In this document: piece by piece, positions 44,335 through 54,646 of the stretch | Layout: each line of letters opens with the position of its first letter | Numbering within the stretch: position 1 is the first letter of the stretch | From: Bacteroidota bacterium | Lineage (GTDB): Bacteria; Bacteroidota; Bacteroidia; Cytophagales; Amoebophilaceae | Assembly: GCA_024206165.1 (NCBI GenBank) | Contig: JAAGZN010000600.1 | Span: 1-57,697 of the forward strand | Reading direction: 5' to 3' | DNA length: 57,697 bases | Notes under the pieces: model-generated | Database searches by the model: none | Seen by the model: only the letters and a program-made list of their open reading frames with translations | Told to the model about the DNA's origin: nothing | Made by a program: the position numbers and the translations under genes

Positions 44335-45292
44335 AATGTTTCTTAACCCAATCTTTTGAATAAATAGTATCTATATATCTTTCTCCTCTATCAGGAAAAA
44401 TTAAAACACAATTAGAATCACAAGTTATTAAGTCTTTCATTTTTTCTACAGCCATTATTACTCCACCTGAAGACCCTCCTACCAAAAGTGCTTCCTCTTT
44501 TAATAATCTATGGCAACCAACAACACAATCTAAGTCAGATACTCGTATACAAGTATCTACCATTTTCTTTAACCCTTTTTTGCTAAAGAAAGGTTCAATA
44601 GCTGCTCCATGTCCTGGGATAAGCCTTTTATATTTTTCTCCTCCAAAAATAACACTGCCTAATGCATCAACAGCAACAATTTTAGTATTCATTTTATTAT
44701 CTTTTATATAATCAATACATCCCTTAAGTGTCCCACAAGTACTTACAGCACAGAATAAAAAATCTATTTTTCTTAAACTATTCATCAATTCACTCATAGT
44801 TGTTTTATAATGTGCCATGGGGTTATGTTCATTTGTATACTGACATGGCCAATAACTATTTTTTATCTTCTTTAGCAATGCTTTTACACGGTTTAATCTA
44901 GCTTGCAGAAAACTGCCAGTTGTTATATCTTGACATTCAACCATCTCTATTTTAGCTCCATAAATTTCTAAAATTTTAAGGTTTTGAGAAGATATTTTAG
45001 GGTCTACTACACATATAAAATTTAACTTATAATACGCACAAGCTAACGCCATTCCGATAGCCATATTTCCTGAACTAGATTCAATTACAGTTGTCCCTTG
45101 TTTTATTTTGCCACTTTTTAAAGCATTTTCTATAATACATAATGCAGCTCTATCTTTTATACTTCCTGCTGGATTAAAACATTCTAATTTAGCAAATAAA
45201 TTAAACGAAATATCTTTAAAAATTTTATTCAATTTTATCAAAGGCGTATTTCCTACTGTAGATAATATCCCTTCTGAGTACATCTTTTCCAT
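44312..45292 (-). CDS. sbnA: PLP-dependent cysteine-synthase-fold enzyme, SbnA-like
   Basis: 326 aa; NPAGSIKDRAAL (PLP lysine), SSSGNMAIGMALA, GGSSGG. Confidence 0.7.
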   Translation of the reverse strand: MEKMYSEGILSTVGNTPLIKLNKIFKDISFNLFAKLECFNPAGSIKDRAALCIIENALKSGKIKQGTTVIESSSGNMAIGMALACAYYKLNFICVVDPKISSQNLKILEIYGAKIEMVECQDITTGSFLQARLNRVKALLKKIKNSYWPCQYTNEHNPMAHYKTTMSELMNSLRKIDFLFCAVSTCGTLKGCIDYIKDNKMNTKIVAVDALGSVIFGGEKYKRLIPGHGAAIEPFFSKKGLKKMVDTCIRVSDLDCVVGCHRLLKEEALLVGGSSGGVIMAVEKMKDLITCDSNCVLIFPDRGERYIDTIYSKDWVKKHFDNVSIL

Positions 45293-45321
45293 ATTAAAGT
45301 CCTTTTATATTTTCATCAAAA

Positions 45322-46098
45322 TTATTTTTTCCTACATATATACATCTCAATATATGAATCACATTTATTTTTTATAAACTTATTTCTTGTAGCATATGCA
45401 CAAGTATCAATTCCATATGATGTGGCTATCATTTTGCAAACTGCCAGTAAAAGTTGATGGAACCCTTTACCTCTATATAATTTATTAATAGAACCCCATG
45501 TAAAAAAAGCTCTTTGATCATATATGCTAACTGTCCCACCCCCTACACATTGCCTATCTTGTGTATTTATTAATACAGTATATGATTTAGCTTTTTTATT
45601 TTTATAACTATCCTCTATAAATTTTATAGATTGTTCATTAAGATCAAAATTTGTCTTTACTATATCCTTATACTCCTGAACTAATCCATTTATTTTAGAA
45701 AATTTATATACTGTAAAACTAAAATCGGATGGCATATTTATTGCTATCGGTTTTTCTAATATATTTATTCTCAATGGTGCCGGATCAAAGCTCCAATTAA
45801 ATTTTTTACAGACTAACTTTATAGATTCAATATCATCCTTTTCCCCTTTTATAAAATTAAAATAAGGCGTTTTTTCAACTGCTGAATTTATAATTGGATG
45901 ATTTTTAAAATAATTTTCAACATATTCTAAATCTTTTTTTTCAAGAGTTTCCCCAGGGATAAGTAAAATTGGAGAAAAACTAGGAGTCTCCCAGTTAGGG
46001 ACTAAATTAAAAATAAAATTGTTGTTTTTAAAATATCTAGATTTTTCTCCTAAAACTGAAAATATCTTAATAAGCTCATTAAAATTAAAATCTTTCAT
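45322..46098 (-). CDS. Hypothetical protein with a possible GNAT-like C-terminal half
   Basis: 258 aa; ...LYRGKGFHQLLLAVCKMIA resembles an acetyl-CoA binding loop; otherwise unassigned. Confidence 0.35.
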   Translation of the reverse strand: MKDFNFNELIKIFSVLGEKSRYFKNNNFIFNLVPNWETPSFSPILLIPGETLEKKDLEYVENYFKNHPIINSAVEKTPYFNFIKGEKDDIESIKLVCKKFNWSFDPAPLRINILEKPIAINMPSDFSFTVYKFSKINGLVQEYKDIVKTNFDLNEQSIKFIEDSYKNKKAKSYTVLINTQDRQCVGGGTVSIYDQRAFFTWGSINKLYRGKGFHQLLLAVCKMIATSYGIDTCAYATRNKFIKNKCDSYIEMYICRKK

Positions 46099-46144
46099 TC
46101 CCTATAAATCCTCTAAATTAATTAAATATATTAAAAAACAGTTC

Positions 46145-46714
46145 TTATAATTTTATTTCCATTGCTTCTAATCCCTTAACAAATGCTTTAATATTCAACT
46201 CATCTTTTGATTTTTGTACTATTGTTTTCTCTATTACATCTTGAGAAATAGGAAATAACTTTTTAGCCATAATAAACCCTAACATAACAATGTTTGTTTT
46301 ACGAATATCTCCCAAGTTAGAAGCAATATGGCTTGCATTTAAATAGCAAGTTTTAATATTTAAATTTTTTAAAAACAGTTCTATTTCAGTATTTAATCTT
46401 TCTTCTGTATTTAAAAAAATATATCCGCCGTTCTTTATAAAAGATAAATTTCTTATTAACTCATCTGAATTTAAAGCTATTATTATATCCGCCGTTCTAT
46501 GCTGTATCAAAGGAGCTTCCTCATCTCCTAACTTAAAATGAGAAACAACAGCTCCTCCCCTTTGACTCATCCCATGAATTTCTGAAACCATAACTGGATA
46601 ACCAATTTCAGTAAATGCTTCTGCAAATATCCTACTCAAAAATAATATTCCTTGTCCTCCTAACCCTGTAATAATAATTCTATATATCTTTAAATTCGAT
46701 TGATACTCATTCAT
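46145..46714 (-). CDS. iorB: Indolepyruvate/2-oxoacid:ferredoxin oxidoreductase, beta (IorB-like) subunit
   Basis: 189 aa; IIITGLGGQGILFLSRIF...VMVSEIHGMSQRGG is typical of the POR gamma / IorB family. 4-nt overlap with iorA. Confidence 0.8.
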   Translation of the reverse strand: MNEYQSNLKIYRIIITGLGGQGILFLSRIFAEAFTEIGYPVMVSEIHGMSQRGGAVVSHFKLGDEEAPLIQHRTADIIIALNSDELIRNLSFIKNGGYIFLNTEERLNTEIELFLKNLNIKTCYLNASHIASNLGDIRKTNIVMLGFIMAKKLFPISQDVIEKTIVQKSKDELNIKAFVKGLEAMEIKL

Positions 46715-48582
46715 TTAAAATCTTCCATTTTTTTAATAATACATCCCTTAGGACAGGCAACTATACATTGTCCGCAATTTGTACAAATGTCATAATTTAT
46801 ATCTATATAACCTTTCTCATTATTAAACATTAATGCAGGACATTCAAAATTTTTTATACAATCACAACAACCATCGCAACTATCTTGTACAATAATAATT
46901 TTATCACTTTTATTAAAAGAACCTTTGTCTTGAATTACACAAGGTCGTTTAGCAATAATAACAGCTACATTCCCATTCTCTTCTAAAGTATGATTATAGG
47001 CATCTCTCAATGTTTTCCTAAACACCTTATAATCATATGGATCGACTTCCCTTAAAAAATTAATATTGCAGGCTTTTACTAAATCATTAATATCTATTTT
47101 TTGGGCAGACTTGCTCCCATCTGCAAGTATTTTGCTTTCTGCAGTTGGCTGAAAGCCTGTCATAGCTGTTGTATTATTATTTAAAATAACTAATATAAAT
47201 TTAGAATCCGTATGAACAGAATCAACAAGAGGGGGAATACCTGAGTGTAGAAATGTTGAATCGCCAATAGTAGCAATAATAGGTTTTTTATCATCCATCA
47301 ATTTATTAGTATGATAAAATCCCTGTGCCATACCTATAGAAGCCCCCATATTAAGAAATGTATCAACAGCTTCTAAGTTAGTCCCTAAGGTATAACATCC
47401 AATATCTCCTGGATAAATTGCATAATCCCCAAATTCAGACTTTATCGCAAAAAATGCTGATCTATGTGAACAACCAGGACATAAACGTGGCGGATACATT
47501 GGAGGAGTAAATTTATCAATTAGTGTTTTTAATTTATCAGATTTAGATAATAAACTCAGCTTATATCCATTTTTTTTCAATATCTTAATTAAAATAGATG
47601 ATACTATCTCAGGAGACAACTCTCCTTCTTTTGGAACTGTTTCATCTAATCGCCCTCTCACTTTTTCTCTATTTAAAATTTGTAACTCTAAACAACAATT
47701 TGTCTCTTCTAAAACTAAAACTTCTTTATATTTTTTTATAAAATTGTTTGCTAATTTTTTAGGCAAAGGGTACGGAGTTCCTATTTTTAACATAGGCAAA
47801 TTTAACCCTAAATTTTTTAACACTTGTTTTGCTGTATGAAAAACAACACCAGAAGCAATAATTCCTACCTTATCTATACTATTTTTGTTAGTTATAAAAT
47901 TGTATTTAATATCCTCAAATTCATTTTCAATTTTAGTTAACTTTTTATTCAACTCCGTATGAAGCAAAAAACGTAATTTAGGTGTAGCAGTCCAATTTTT
48001 AGGATTCTTTTGAAATTCAACTTTAGATACAATATCATTAGATTTAGCTTTTTCCTTTACAGAAATAGTTTGCAATGCATGACAAAGTCTGGTTACTGGT
48101 CTAATTAAAACAGGAATTTTATATTTTTCAGATATTATAAAAGCATCTTCAATCATAGCATATACTTCAGATGGAGAAGATGGGTCAAAAACTGGAACTT
48201 TGGCAGTAAGTGATATTAAACGAGAATCCTGTTCAGTTTGGGAAGAATGAGGACCAGGATCATCAGCAGAAATAATAATGAATCCTCCTTTAACTCCAGT
48301 ATATGCTGAACTAAAAAATGGATCTGAGGCAACATTTAACCCTACTTGTTTCATAGCCACAGCAGCTCTGACTCCTACCCAACTGGCTGCCAAAACTGTT
48401 TCAAAAGCTACTTTTTCATTTATAGACCACTCAATATGTGCTTTATAATCAAAATCTTTTTTATATTTAACTGCATTAGATAAAATTTCTGAACTAGGTG
48501 TTCCTGGATACGCTGTTATTACCCTACATTTTTGTTCAATTAAACCTAACGCTAAAACTTCATTTCCTAATAATAACTTCAT
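46711..48582 (-). CDS. iorA: Indolepyruvate:ferredoxin oxidoreductase, alpha (IorA-like) subunit
   Basis: 623 aa; N-terminal GNEVLALGLIE...AYPGTPSSEIL; TPP motif GDSTFLHSG...NNNTTAMTGFQ; C-terminal two [4Fe-4S] motifs CDGCCDCIKNFECP and CTNCGQCIVACP. Confidence 0.85.
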   Translation of the reverse strand: MKLLLGNEVLALGLIEQKCRVITAYPGTPSSEILSNAVKYKKDFDYKAHIEWSINEKVAFETVLAASWVGVRAAVAMKQVGLNVASDPFFSSAYTGVKGGFIIISADDPGPHSSQTEQDSRLISLTAKVPVFDPSSPSEVYAMIEDAFIISEKYKIPVLIRPVTRLCHALQTISVKEKAKSNDIVSKVEFQKNPKNWTATPKLRFLLHTELNKKLTKIENEFEDIKYNFITNKNSIDKVGIIASGVVFHTAKQVLKNLGLNLPMLKIGTPYPLPKKLANNFIKKYKEVLVLEETNCCLELQILNREKVRGRLDETVPKEGELSPEIVSSILIKILKKNGYKLSLLSKSDKLKTLIDKFTPPMYPPRLCPGCSHRSAFFAIKSEFGDYAIYPGDIGCYTLGTNLEAVDTFLNMGASIGMAQGFYHTNKLMDDKKPIIATIGDSTFLHSGIPPLVDSVHTDSKFILVILNNNTTAMTGFQPTAESKILADGSKSAQKIDINDLVKACNINFLREVDPYDYKVFRKTLRDAYNHTLEENGNVAVIIAKRPCVIQDKGSFNKSDKIIIVQDSCDGCCDCIKNFECPALMFNNEKGYIDINYDICTNCGQCIVACPKGCIIKKMEDFK

Positions 48583-48606
48583 TTTTTACCCATTTTTTAT
48601 AAAAAT

Positions 48607-49308
48607 TTATTTTATATCAGCAATTATTTCATCCAAATCTCTAAGAATAACTTTTTCTGGAAAACTATTGCTGCTATAATTACAAACAGCTATTTTATAC
48701 CCATCTATCATTTTATATTGTTTAAAAAATCGATTAGTATCTATATTCTCGAGTAATAATCTTATATTGTTTTCTCTATTGAATCTTACTTCCATTGTAT
48801 TAGGATAAATAGATAATCCTCTTCCATTAGCTTTTATATAACTTTCCTTTATAGTCCATATATCAAAAAATAAATCTTTTTTTTCCACAGAAGTATCAAA
48901 ATTATTAAACATGTCAACCTCATTAGGATGAAATACTTGATGTATTATATTTAAATCTACTTTTTTAACTTCTTCTATATCAATCCCTACTATATTTCTT
49001 TTATCTATCACACAAATAACCCATTCCCCTGAATGAGAAATATTAAAATAAAAATTATTGTCTTTTAGATACGGTTTACCATGTTTATTAAGTCTAAATT
49101 CAATATCAAAATTCCGTATATTTAATTTTCTACAAATAATACTTCTTATCAAAACATCTGATATTAATCCTCTTTGAAAATCCTCCCATCTTTTGAACCT
49201 TTTAAGCTTTTCCTTTTTTTCAGGTGCAATATATTGAAACAAAAAATCAAATCTATTTTTTACAAAAACAAATTTACTTAATAATTTTGTAGCATATATC
49301 TCTGGCAT
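48607..49308 (-). CDS. Sfp-type 4'-phosphopantetheinyl transferase
   Basis: 233 aa; GKPYL...FNISHSGEWVICV, GIDIEEV, WTIKESYIKANGRGLS. Confidence 0.85.
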   Translation of the reverse strand: MPEIYATKLLSKFVFVKNRFDFLFQYIAPEKKEKLKRFKRWEDFQRGLISDVLIRSIICRKLNIRNFDIEFRLNKHGKPYLKDNNFYFNISHSGEWVICVIDKRNIVGIDIEEVKKVDLNIIHQVFHPNEVDMFNNFDTSVEKKDLFFDIWTIKESYIKANGRGLSIYPNTMEVRFNRENNIRLLLENIDTNRFFKQYKMIDGYKIAVCNYSSNSFPEKVILRDLDEIIADIK

Positions 49309-49346
49309 ACTTTCTCTCTTTCACAAGTACTTTTATTAAAATATGT

Positions 49347-51278
49347 TTATTTAAAATCCTCAATTTCTAAGGTCATTGCAAAAATATGAAAATTCAAATT
49401 TTCCCCAAAAGACAATTGTTTTATTTTCTTATTAACTGGTAACTTTACAGTTTGTAACCACAATTTTGGTTTCCAATTAGAAGAATCTAGCTTTTCCCAA
49501 TCTTCTTTTTTATATATTTTAGAATTTAAACTTAAAATTTCTTTATGTTTTTGATAATTCACAAAAGGAGCCTCCGCAAAAAAATTCCTATTAATCTCTT
49601 GCCCTTCATCAGGAGAGTGTAAATGAGAAAATAAAAATGCCAATTTTTCATTATAAATAGGATAAAGCAACCAATTACTAAGACCTAAATGAACTACTTT
49701 TGTAGAATTGTCATAAAATTTTATATATAGTTTTTCATTCCATGAATTCCCTTTTTCGCCTTCTGTGGCACCTATAACATAAAGAGCTTTATAATAACTT
49801 TTAGGTAATACAAAAATTTGTTCTTGTAAAACTAAATTATTTTTAAATCCTGCTTCCTTATGTGGGGAAAAAAATGGAATTTTATCTATTTTAATAACCG
49901 AATTAGATTCAGGGAATTCTTCAGCAGGATAAGTAGCCCCATGCCCATCAAAAGAACCATCACATTTTAAATTATCATATGATATGCCATCATTATTAAA
50001 ATATTCACTAAGATTTATAGGATAAAATTTTTCTATCATATCGTTTTTTTCTACCATTATAACTCCACTTTGCTTCTTATTTTTTCGAAAATCCTCAATA
50101 ACAGTAGTAAAATTAGATAGTATTCTTTTGTCCCTTAATAATACAAATTGTGGTATCCAAACAAACTCTTCTGCAAGTAAATAGGAATTGGGACATTTTA
50201 TTTGAGCAGGTATTATCACCTTTATTTTTTCACATATCTTGCTCCAGAAAGGATCATATTTAAGATATTTTTTTTCACTAAAATATGGAAACTGATCTAA
50301 TGGTAATTCTTCATATCCTCCCCAACATGGGATTCCATTTTCATTTAAATATTTGATAAACTTACTTTTATCTTTATTATTAAATTCTTCTTTTTTATAT
50401 CTGAACATGAAAAAATGACATCCATGTTGCGTTAAATTATTAGGGACCTTAATTGAAACAATACCTGGAATATTTAAACATTGTTCAAATAAAAATCTAT
50501 ATTTATTTTCTCTTAACAAATTATATTCTTTAAACTTATAAAGCTGTGCTAAAAGCACTGCTCCTTGAAACTCACTAAGTCTATTATTCCCACTTAAATA
50601 TTTAAACTCTACATCTTCTCTTGATTCATCGTAGTTATAGTCTAAATATTTAGCTATTTTGATGGCTAATTTGTTATCTTCTGTTACGATAGCGCCTCCT
50701 TCTCCAGAAGTAATATTTTTGCTATTTTGAAAGCTAAAACATCCAACATTACCAAATGTTCCAACATGTTTTTCATTATAAAAAGTTCCTAATGCTTGTG
50801 CACAATCTTCAATAACAACAATTTTATTTTCTTTCGCCCAATTAACAATCGTATCTATTTCACAACATTGTCCTCCAAAATGAACGACTATTATTGCTTT
50901 AACTTTATTGCGGAATTGTGAATATACTGTTTTAATTGATTTTAAATCCATACATGCTGTATCAGAATTTACATCTGCAAAAACAGGAATTCCTCCAACC
51001 TTAAGTACAGAGAGAGCAGTTCCAATAAAAGTTATATTTGGAACAATAACATAATCTAAAAAACCTATATCTAAACTTTTTAAAGCTATTTCTAAAGCAA
51101 CTGTTCCACTAGAACAGCACACTGCATGTTTTATGTTTAATAAAACTGAAAAATGATGCTGAAATTTCTTAACGAATTCACCTTCTCTAGACCACCATCT
51201 TCTATTAAATAGTACTTTTTTCAAGTTATATTCTTCTGTTCCTACATTTATTGGCCATTCAATAATATTTTTACTCAT
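49347..51278 (-). CDS. DegT/DnrJ/EryC1/StrS-family PLP aminotransferase fused to a ~240-aa unknown C-terminal domain
   Basis: 643 aa; aminotransferase core to about residue 400 with FSFQNSKNITSGEGGAIVT (PLP lysine). Residues ~405-643 have no recognisable motif. Confidence 0.75.
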   Translation of the reverse strand: MSKNIIEWPINVGTEEYNLKKVLFNRRWWSREGEFVKKFQHHFSVLLNIKHAVCCSSGTVALEIALKSLDIGFLDYVIVPNITFIGTALSVLKVGGIPVFADVNSDTACMDLKSIKTVYSQFRNKVKAIIVVHFGGQCCEIDTIVNWAKENKIVVIEDCAQALGTFYNEKHVGTFGNVGCFSFQNSKNITSGEGGAIVTEDNKLAIKIAKYLDYNYDESREDVEFKYLSGNNRLSEFQGAVLLAQLYKFKEYNLLRENKYRFLFEQCLNIPGIVSIKVPNNLTQHGCHFFMFRYKKEEFNNKDKSKFIKYLNENGIPCWGGYEELPLDQFPYFSEKKYLKYDPFWSKICEKIKVIIPAQIKCPNSYLLAEEFVWIPQFVLLRDKRILSNFTTVIEDFRKNKKQSGVIMVEKNDMIEKFYPINLSEYFNNDGISYDNLKCDGSFDGHGATYPAEEFPESNSVIKIDKIPFFSPHKEAGFKNNLVLQEQIFVLPKSYYKALYVIGATEGEKGNSWNEKLYIKFYDNSTKVVHLGLSNWLLYPIYNEKLAFLFSHLHSPDEGQEINRNFFAEAPFVNYQKHKEILSLNSKIYKKEDWEKLDSSNWKPKLWLQTVKLPVNKKIKQLSFGENLNFHIFAMTLEIEDFK

Positions 51279-51293
51279 ATTTTTCTCCCAATT

Positions 51294-52331
51294 TTAATTT
51301 CTATGAGAACATCTATAGCAAATAGCTTCATATCGTTTATCTAATCCTAATAAATTATATTTTGACAGATCTAAAAAATCCTCAAAACAATCATCTTTTA
51401 TATTTCCTATGACTGTATCTAAAAAATCAGGACATATTAATATATTACCTGTATCATCAACAACTAAAGCTTCTTCAATCCTATCACAAGGTGTATTTAT
51501 AATATCCCATGGGTCTGGTCTTAATGTGGGAAGTAATATATCGGGTCTTTCATGAAAAACTCTTAAATTTTCTTCATTTATTCTAAAATTCTCCTTTCTA
51601 TTCCTTATAAAATATCCATGTTCATCTATAATTTGACAATAAATTTCTGATAATAATTTATAATCAAACATATTTGATTTATTCTTCTGATAGGCTTCCC
51701 ATGAACAAATGTCTTTTTTATATAGCTTCAGTGTTTTTTCTCTAAATTTTTCACCTAATTTTGGATCAACCAACAATAAAAAATTAATACAAATTGTATC
51801 AACATCCCAACTTTTAATTTCTCTACAAAATTCTGGGAGGGTTAAATAATTTTCAGGTTGTACCACAAAATTAATAACGACCTCTGTCTTAGGCTTTTTA
51901 TGTCTAATTAACTCAATATACTTTTTCAAAGACTTTTCAACTTTATTAAATAACCCTGGGAAACCTCTTATTTCATCATGTAAATCCCCTAATCCATCCA
52001 AAGATACAATTAATGTTTCAATAGGCCTATTGGATAAAAAATCTATATATTCATCTAATAATAACCCATTAGTATTAATAGCAATTTTAGTTTCCTTTTC
52101 TAAAAAGAACTCTATTATTTCAACCAAATTTGGATGTAAAAGAGGTTCTCCTCCCCATAAATAAGCATATAAATCTTTGGGAATGTTAGAAAAAAACGAT
52201 TTCATATGCTTTATATCCATAAAATGTTTTTTTTCTAATCCTTCTCCTCTTATTCTTTGCCCACACATCTTGCAATTCAGATTACATACATTTGTTAATT
52301 TTAAATTTAAAAGGTTTATGTTTCTTTTCAT
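51294..52331 (-). CDS. Radical SAM enzyme with a Cys-rich (SPASM/twitch-like) C-terminus
   Basis: 345 aa; LKLTNVCNLNCKMCGQ (Cx3Cx2C), WGGEPLLHP; C-terminal cysteines ...PCDRIEE...ICPDF...AICYRCSHRN. Confidence 0.8.
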   Translation of the reverse strand: MKRNINLLNLKLTNVCNLNCKMCGQRIRGEGLEKKHFMDIKHMKSFFSNIPKDLYAYLWGGEPLLHPNLVEIIEFFLEKETKIAINTNGLLLDEYIDFLSNRPIETLIVSLDGLGDLHDEIRGFPGLFNKVEKSLKKYIELIRHKKPKTEVVINFVVQPENYLTLPEFCREIKSWDVDTICINFLLLVDPKLGEKFREKTLKLYKKDICSWEAYQKNKSNMFDYKLLSEIYCQIIDEHGYFIRNRKENFRINEENLRVFHERPDILLPTLRPDPWDIINTPCDRIEEALVVDDTGNILICPDFLDTVIGNIKDDCFEDFLDLSKYNLLGLDKRYEAICYRCSHRN

Positions 52332-52340
52332 AAAATTATC

Positions 52341-53672
52341 CTACTTAACTTTAGAAATAAAATATTTGAATTTACCACTTGTTGAATCATTAGAAATAAT
52401 ATCTTTTACAATTTCTATATCTATATCCACTTTATAACCAAAAATATTTAAAAAATAGTCTTCTAAAAATAATTTAGCTTTTTCTACCTTATTTTGTGAT
52501 ATATTTTCTGCTCTTATTATATAAATAAATTTATCTATACTTTCTTGAATAACTTGATATTGCCCAAAATCTAATATATTTTCTCGCTTCATAAAATAAA
52601 CCGAATCTGTAATAATCCAATTTTCACAAAACATTCCATCCTTCCCCTTAATTAAATCATTTACTCTATATTGTTTTAAATTTATAGCTGGGCTTTTTAA
52701 CCCACATTGACAGTCTTTTTGAAGCCAATTTGCACAATCTCCTGTTTTGTATCTAATTAAAGGCATATTATCATGTGTTAAGGTAGTTGCTACTACCTCA
52801 TAACTTCCTTTTGAGGTTTTTATAAGTTCTACGAATACATTCCTATCAAAAATATGCATGTTCCCCATTTCACAAGTAGCTCCCATAAATTGTATTTCAT
52901 TAGAAGCATATATACTTCTAGGAACTATCCCAAATGCTTGTTCTATATTATCTTTTTGCCAATCAAATAAATGCTCACTATGACACTCTATATAACGAAT
53001 ATCTAGATTTAGCTTATTAGCATATTTAACAATATATTCTCCAAAATATGCTAAAATAGAAGAGCCACCAACCATCCACTTTATTTTATTACTCACAATA
53101 AATTTTAATAATTTATCAAAAACTTCCATATTATAGTTACAAAGATAGTGTACATATCCATATTTATCAATTTGTAAAAAAGATTCTTCATTTCCAAAAG
53201 CTGTTTTGGATATAAATGGATTTACTCCCCATATCCAAATATATGGATGCTCAAAAATATCAGGCCAAATTTTTTTCCTATACATATTAAGCAGAAAAAA
53301 ACTTTTATTAATATCTTTAAAATTTTTAAAAATAGATAAAGGCATTCCTGTTGATCCACTTGTGCGATAAAGCATTAACTTATATTTTCTTGTATATTTC
53401 ATTTTTTCTTTAGGGTCTTTAATATTTTCATATATAGATAAATCAAAGCCTTCATTAAAAATTGTTTCTGATACAAACTCTGATATATTCATTTGACAAT
53501 TTTTTTTTGTCGTAAATGGAAACTTTTTAAAATCTTCATAAGTTTTAATTTTATTTATATCTATAGAATTTTTTTCATAAAGCTTTTTATAATAAGGAAC
53601 TTTCATAGATTCCTGTAAAATTTTTGCTATAAGTTCACGATTTTTATTAAAAATATTCTTTTCAATTTTCAT
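52341..53672 (-). CDS. Phenylacetate-CoA ligase (PaaK) / CapK-like adenylate-forming enzyme
   Basis: 443 aa; YRTSGSTGMPLSIF core motif and overall PaaK-like length and layout. Confidence 0.65.
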   Translation of the reverse strand: MKIEKNIFNKNRELIAKILQESMKVPYYKKLYEKNSIDINKIKTYEDFKKFPFTTKKNCQMNISEFVSETIFNEGFDLSIYENIKDPKEKMKYTRKYKLMLYRTSGSTGMPLSIFKNFKDINKSFFLLNMYRKKIWPDIFEHPYIWIWGVNPFISKTAFGNEESFLQIDKYGYVHYLCNYNMEVFDKLLKFIVSNKIKWMVGGSSILAYFGEYIVKYANKLNLDIRYIECHSEHLFDWQKDNIEQAFGIVPRSIYASNEIQFMGATCEMGNMHIFDRNVFVELIKTSKGSYEVVATTLTHDNMPLIRYKTGDCANWLQKDCQCGLKSPAINLKQYRVNDLIKGKDGMFCENWIITDSVYFMKRENILDFGQYQVIQESIDKFIYIIRAENISQNKVEKAKLFLEDYFLNIFGYKVDIDIEIVKDIISNDSTSGKFKYFISKVK

Positions 53673-54393
53673 AAGATATTCCTGAATTTAGATTAAAAAC
53701 CTGACTTGTAACGTTTTTGCACAAATCAGACGAAAAAAATAACAGAAAGTTCAACAAATCATATAAATACTTACTGTCTCTTTGCCTATTATCATCTATT
53801 TTTTTGTTTAAATCTGTAGGTATGCAACCTGGACAGATAGAATTAACTGTTATTTCAAATTCTTCTAGTTCTTTTGCTAAAGACTTTGTAAATCCTATAA
53901 TACCTGCTTTAGAAGCTGCATAATTTGTTTGTCCCTTACTACCCGTTATCCCTCTTAATGAAGTTATATTAATTATTTTTCCATATCGATTTTTTATCAT
54001 TGCTTTAGAAAAAAATCGACTACATAAATAAATTCCTGTAAGATTTACATCTATAACATCTTTCCATTGTTTTAATGTCATCATTGGCAACAAATTATCC
54101 CTTGCTATACCTGAATTATTTATTAATACATCAACTTTATTATTATACCTCTCCATCACTGTTCTATATAAATTTTTAACTTCTTCCTCTTTAGATACAT
54201 CTGCTTTTATAATTATGCATTTTTTATTAAATTTATTTATCTCATCAAACAGATTATATGCCTCTTCTTTTGAATTATTATAAGTTATTACTACTTGCGA
54301 TTCTTCCTTGGCAAAACAGTATGCTATATGTCTTCCTATACCTTTTGAACTGCCTGTAATTACTACAACTTTATTCCGTAAGTTAATGTTCAT
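53662..54393 (-). CDS. Short-chain dehydrogenase/reductase (3-oxoacyl-ACP reductase-like)
   Basis: 243 aa; VVVITGSSKGIGRHIA (TGxxxGxG), NNSG, S...YAASKAG (catalytic YxxxK). Confidence 0.85.
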   Translation of the reverse strand: MNINLRNKVVVITGSSKGIGRHIAYCFAKEESQVVITYNNSKEEAYNLFDEINKFNKKCIIIKADVSKEEEVKNLYRTVMERYNNKVDVLINNSGIARDNLLPMMTLKQWKDVIDVNLTGIYLCSRFFSKAMIKNRYGKIINITSLRGITGSKGQTNYAASKAGIIGFTKSLAKELEEFEITVNSICPGCIPTDLNKKIDDNRQRDSKYLYDLLNFLLFFSSDLCKNVTSQVFNLNSGISYEN

Positions 54394-54646
54394 TTTTATT
54401 TTTTAATTCCTTTTTTACATAATTTTGCAAAACTGAATATTTAGTTAATGTCGGACTGCCTAAATACTCATCATCAAATTCAATACCAAACTCCTTTTCT
54501 ATATCTACCACTAATTGAATTAACTGAACTGAATCATATCCAAAATTATCTATTAAATCAGATGCTCCTATAATATCCTCTATTCTTACTTTAATACGTG
54601 CATTCTTTACTATTATATCTTTCAATTTTTCATCTAACATAAACAT
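54383..54646 (-). CDS. Acyl carrier protein
   Basis: 87 aa; LIDNFGYDSVQLIQLVVDIEKEFGIEF has the DSx phosphopantetheine attachment serine. Confidence 0.8.
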   Translation of the reverse strand: MFMLDEKLKDIIVKNARIKVRIEDIIGASDLIDNFGYDSVQLIQLVVDIEKEFGIEFDDEYLGSPTLTKYSVLQNYVKKELKNKNEH

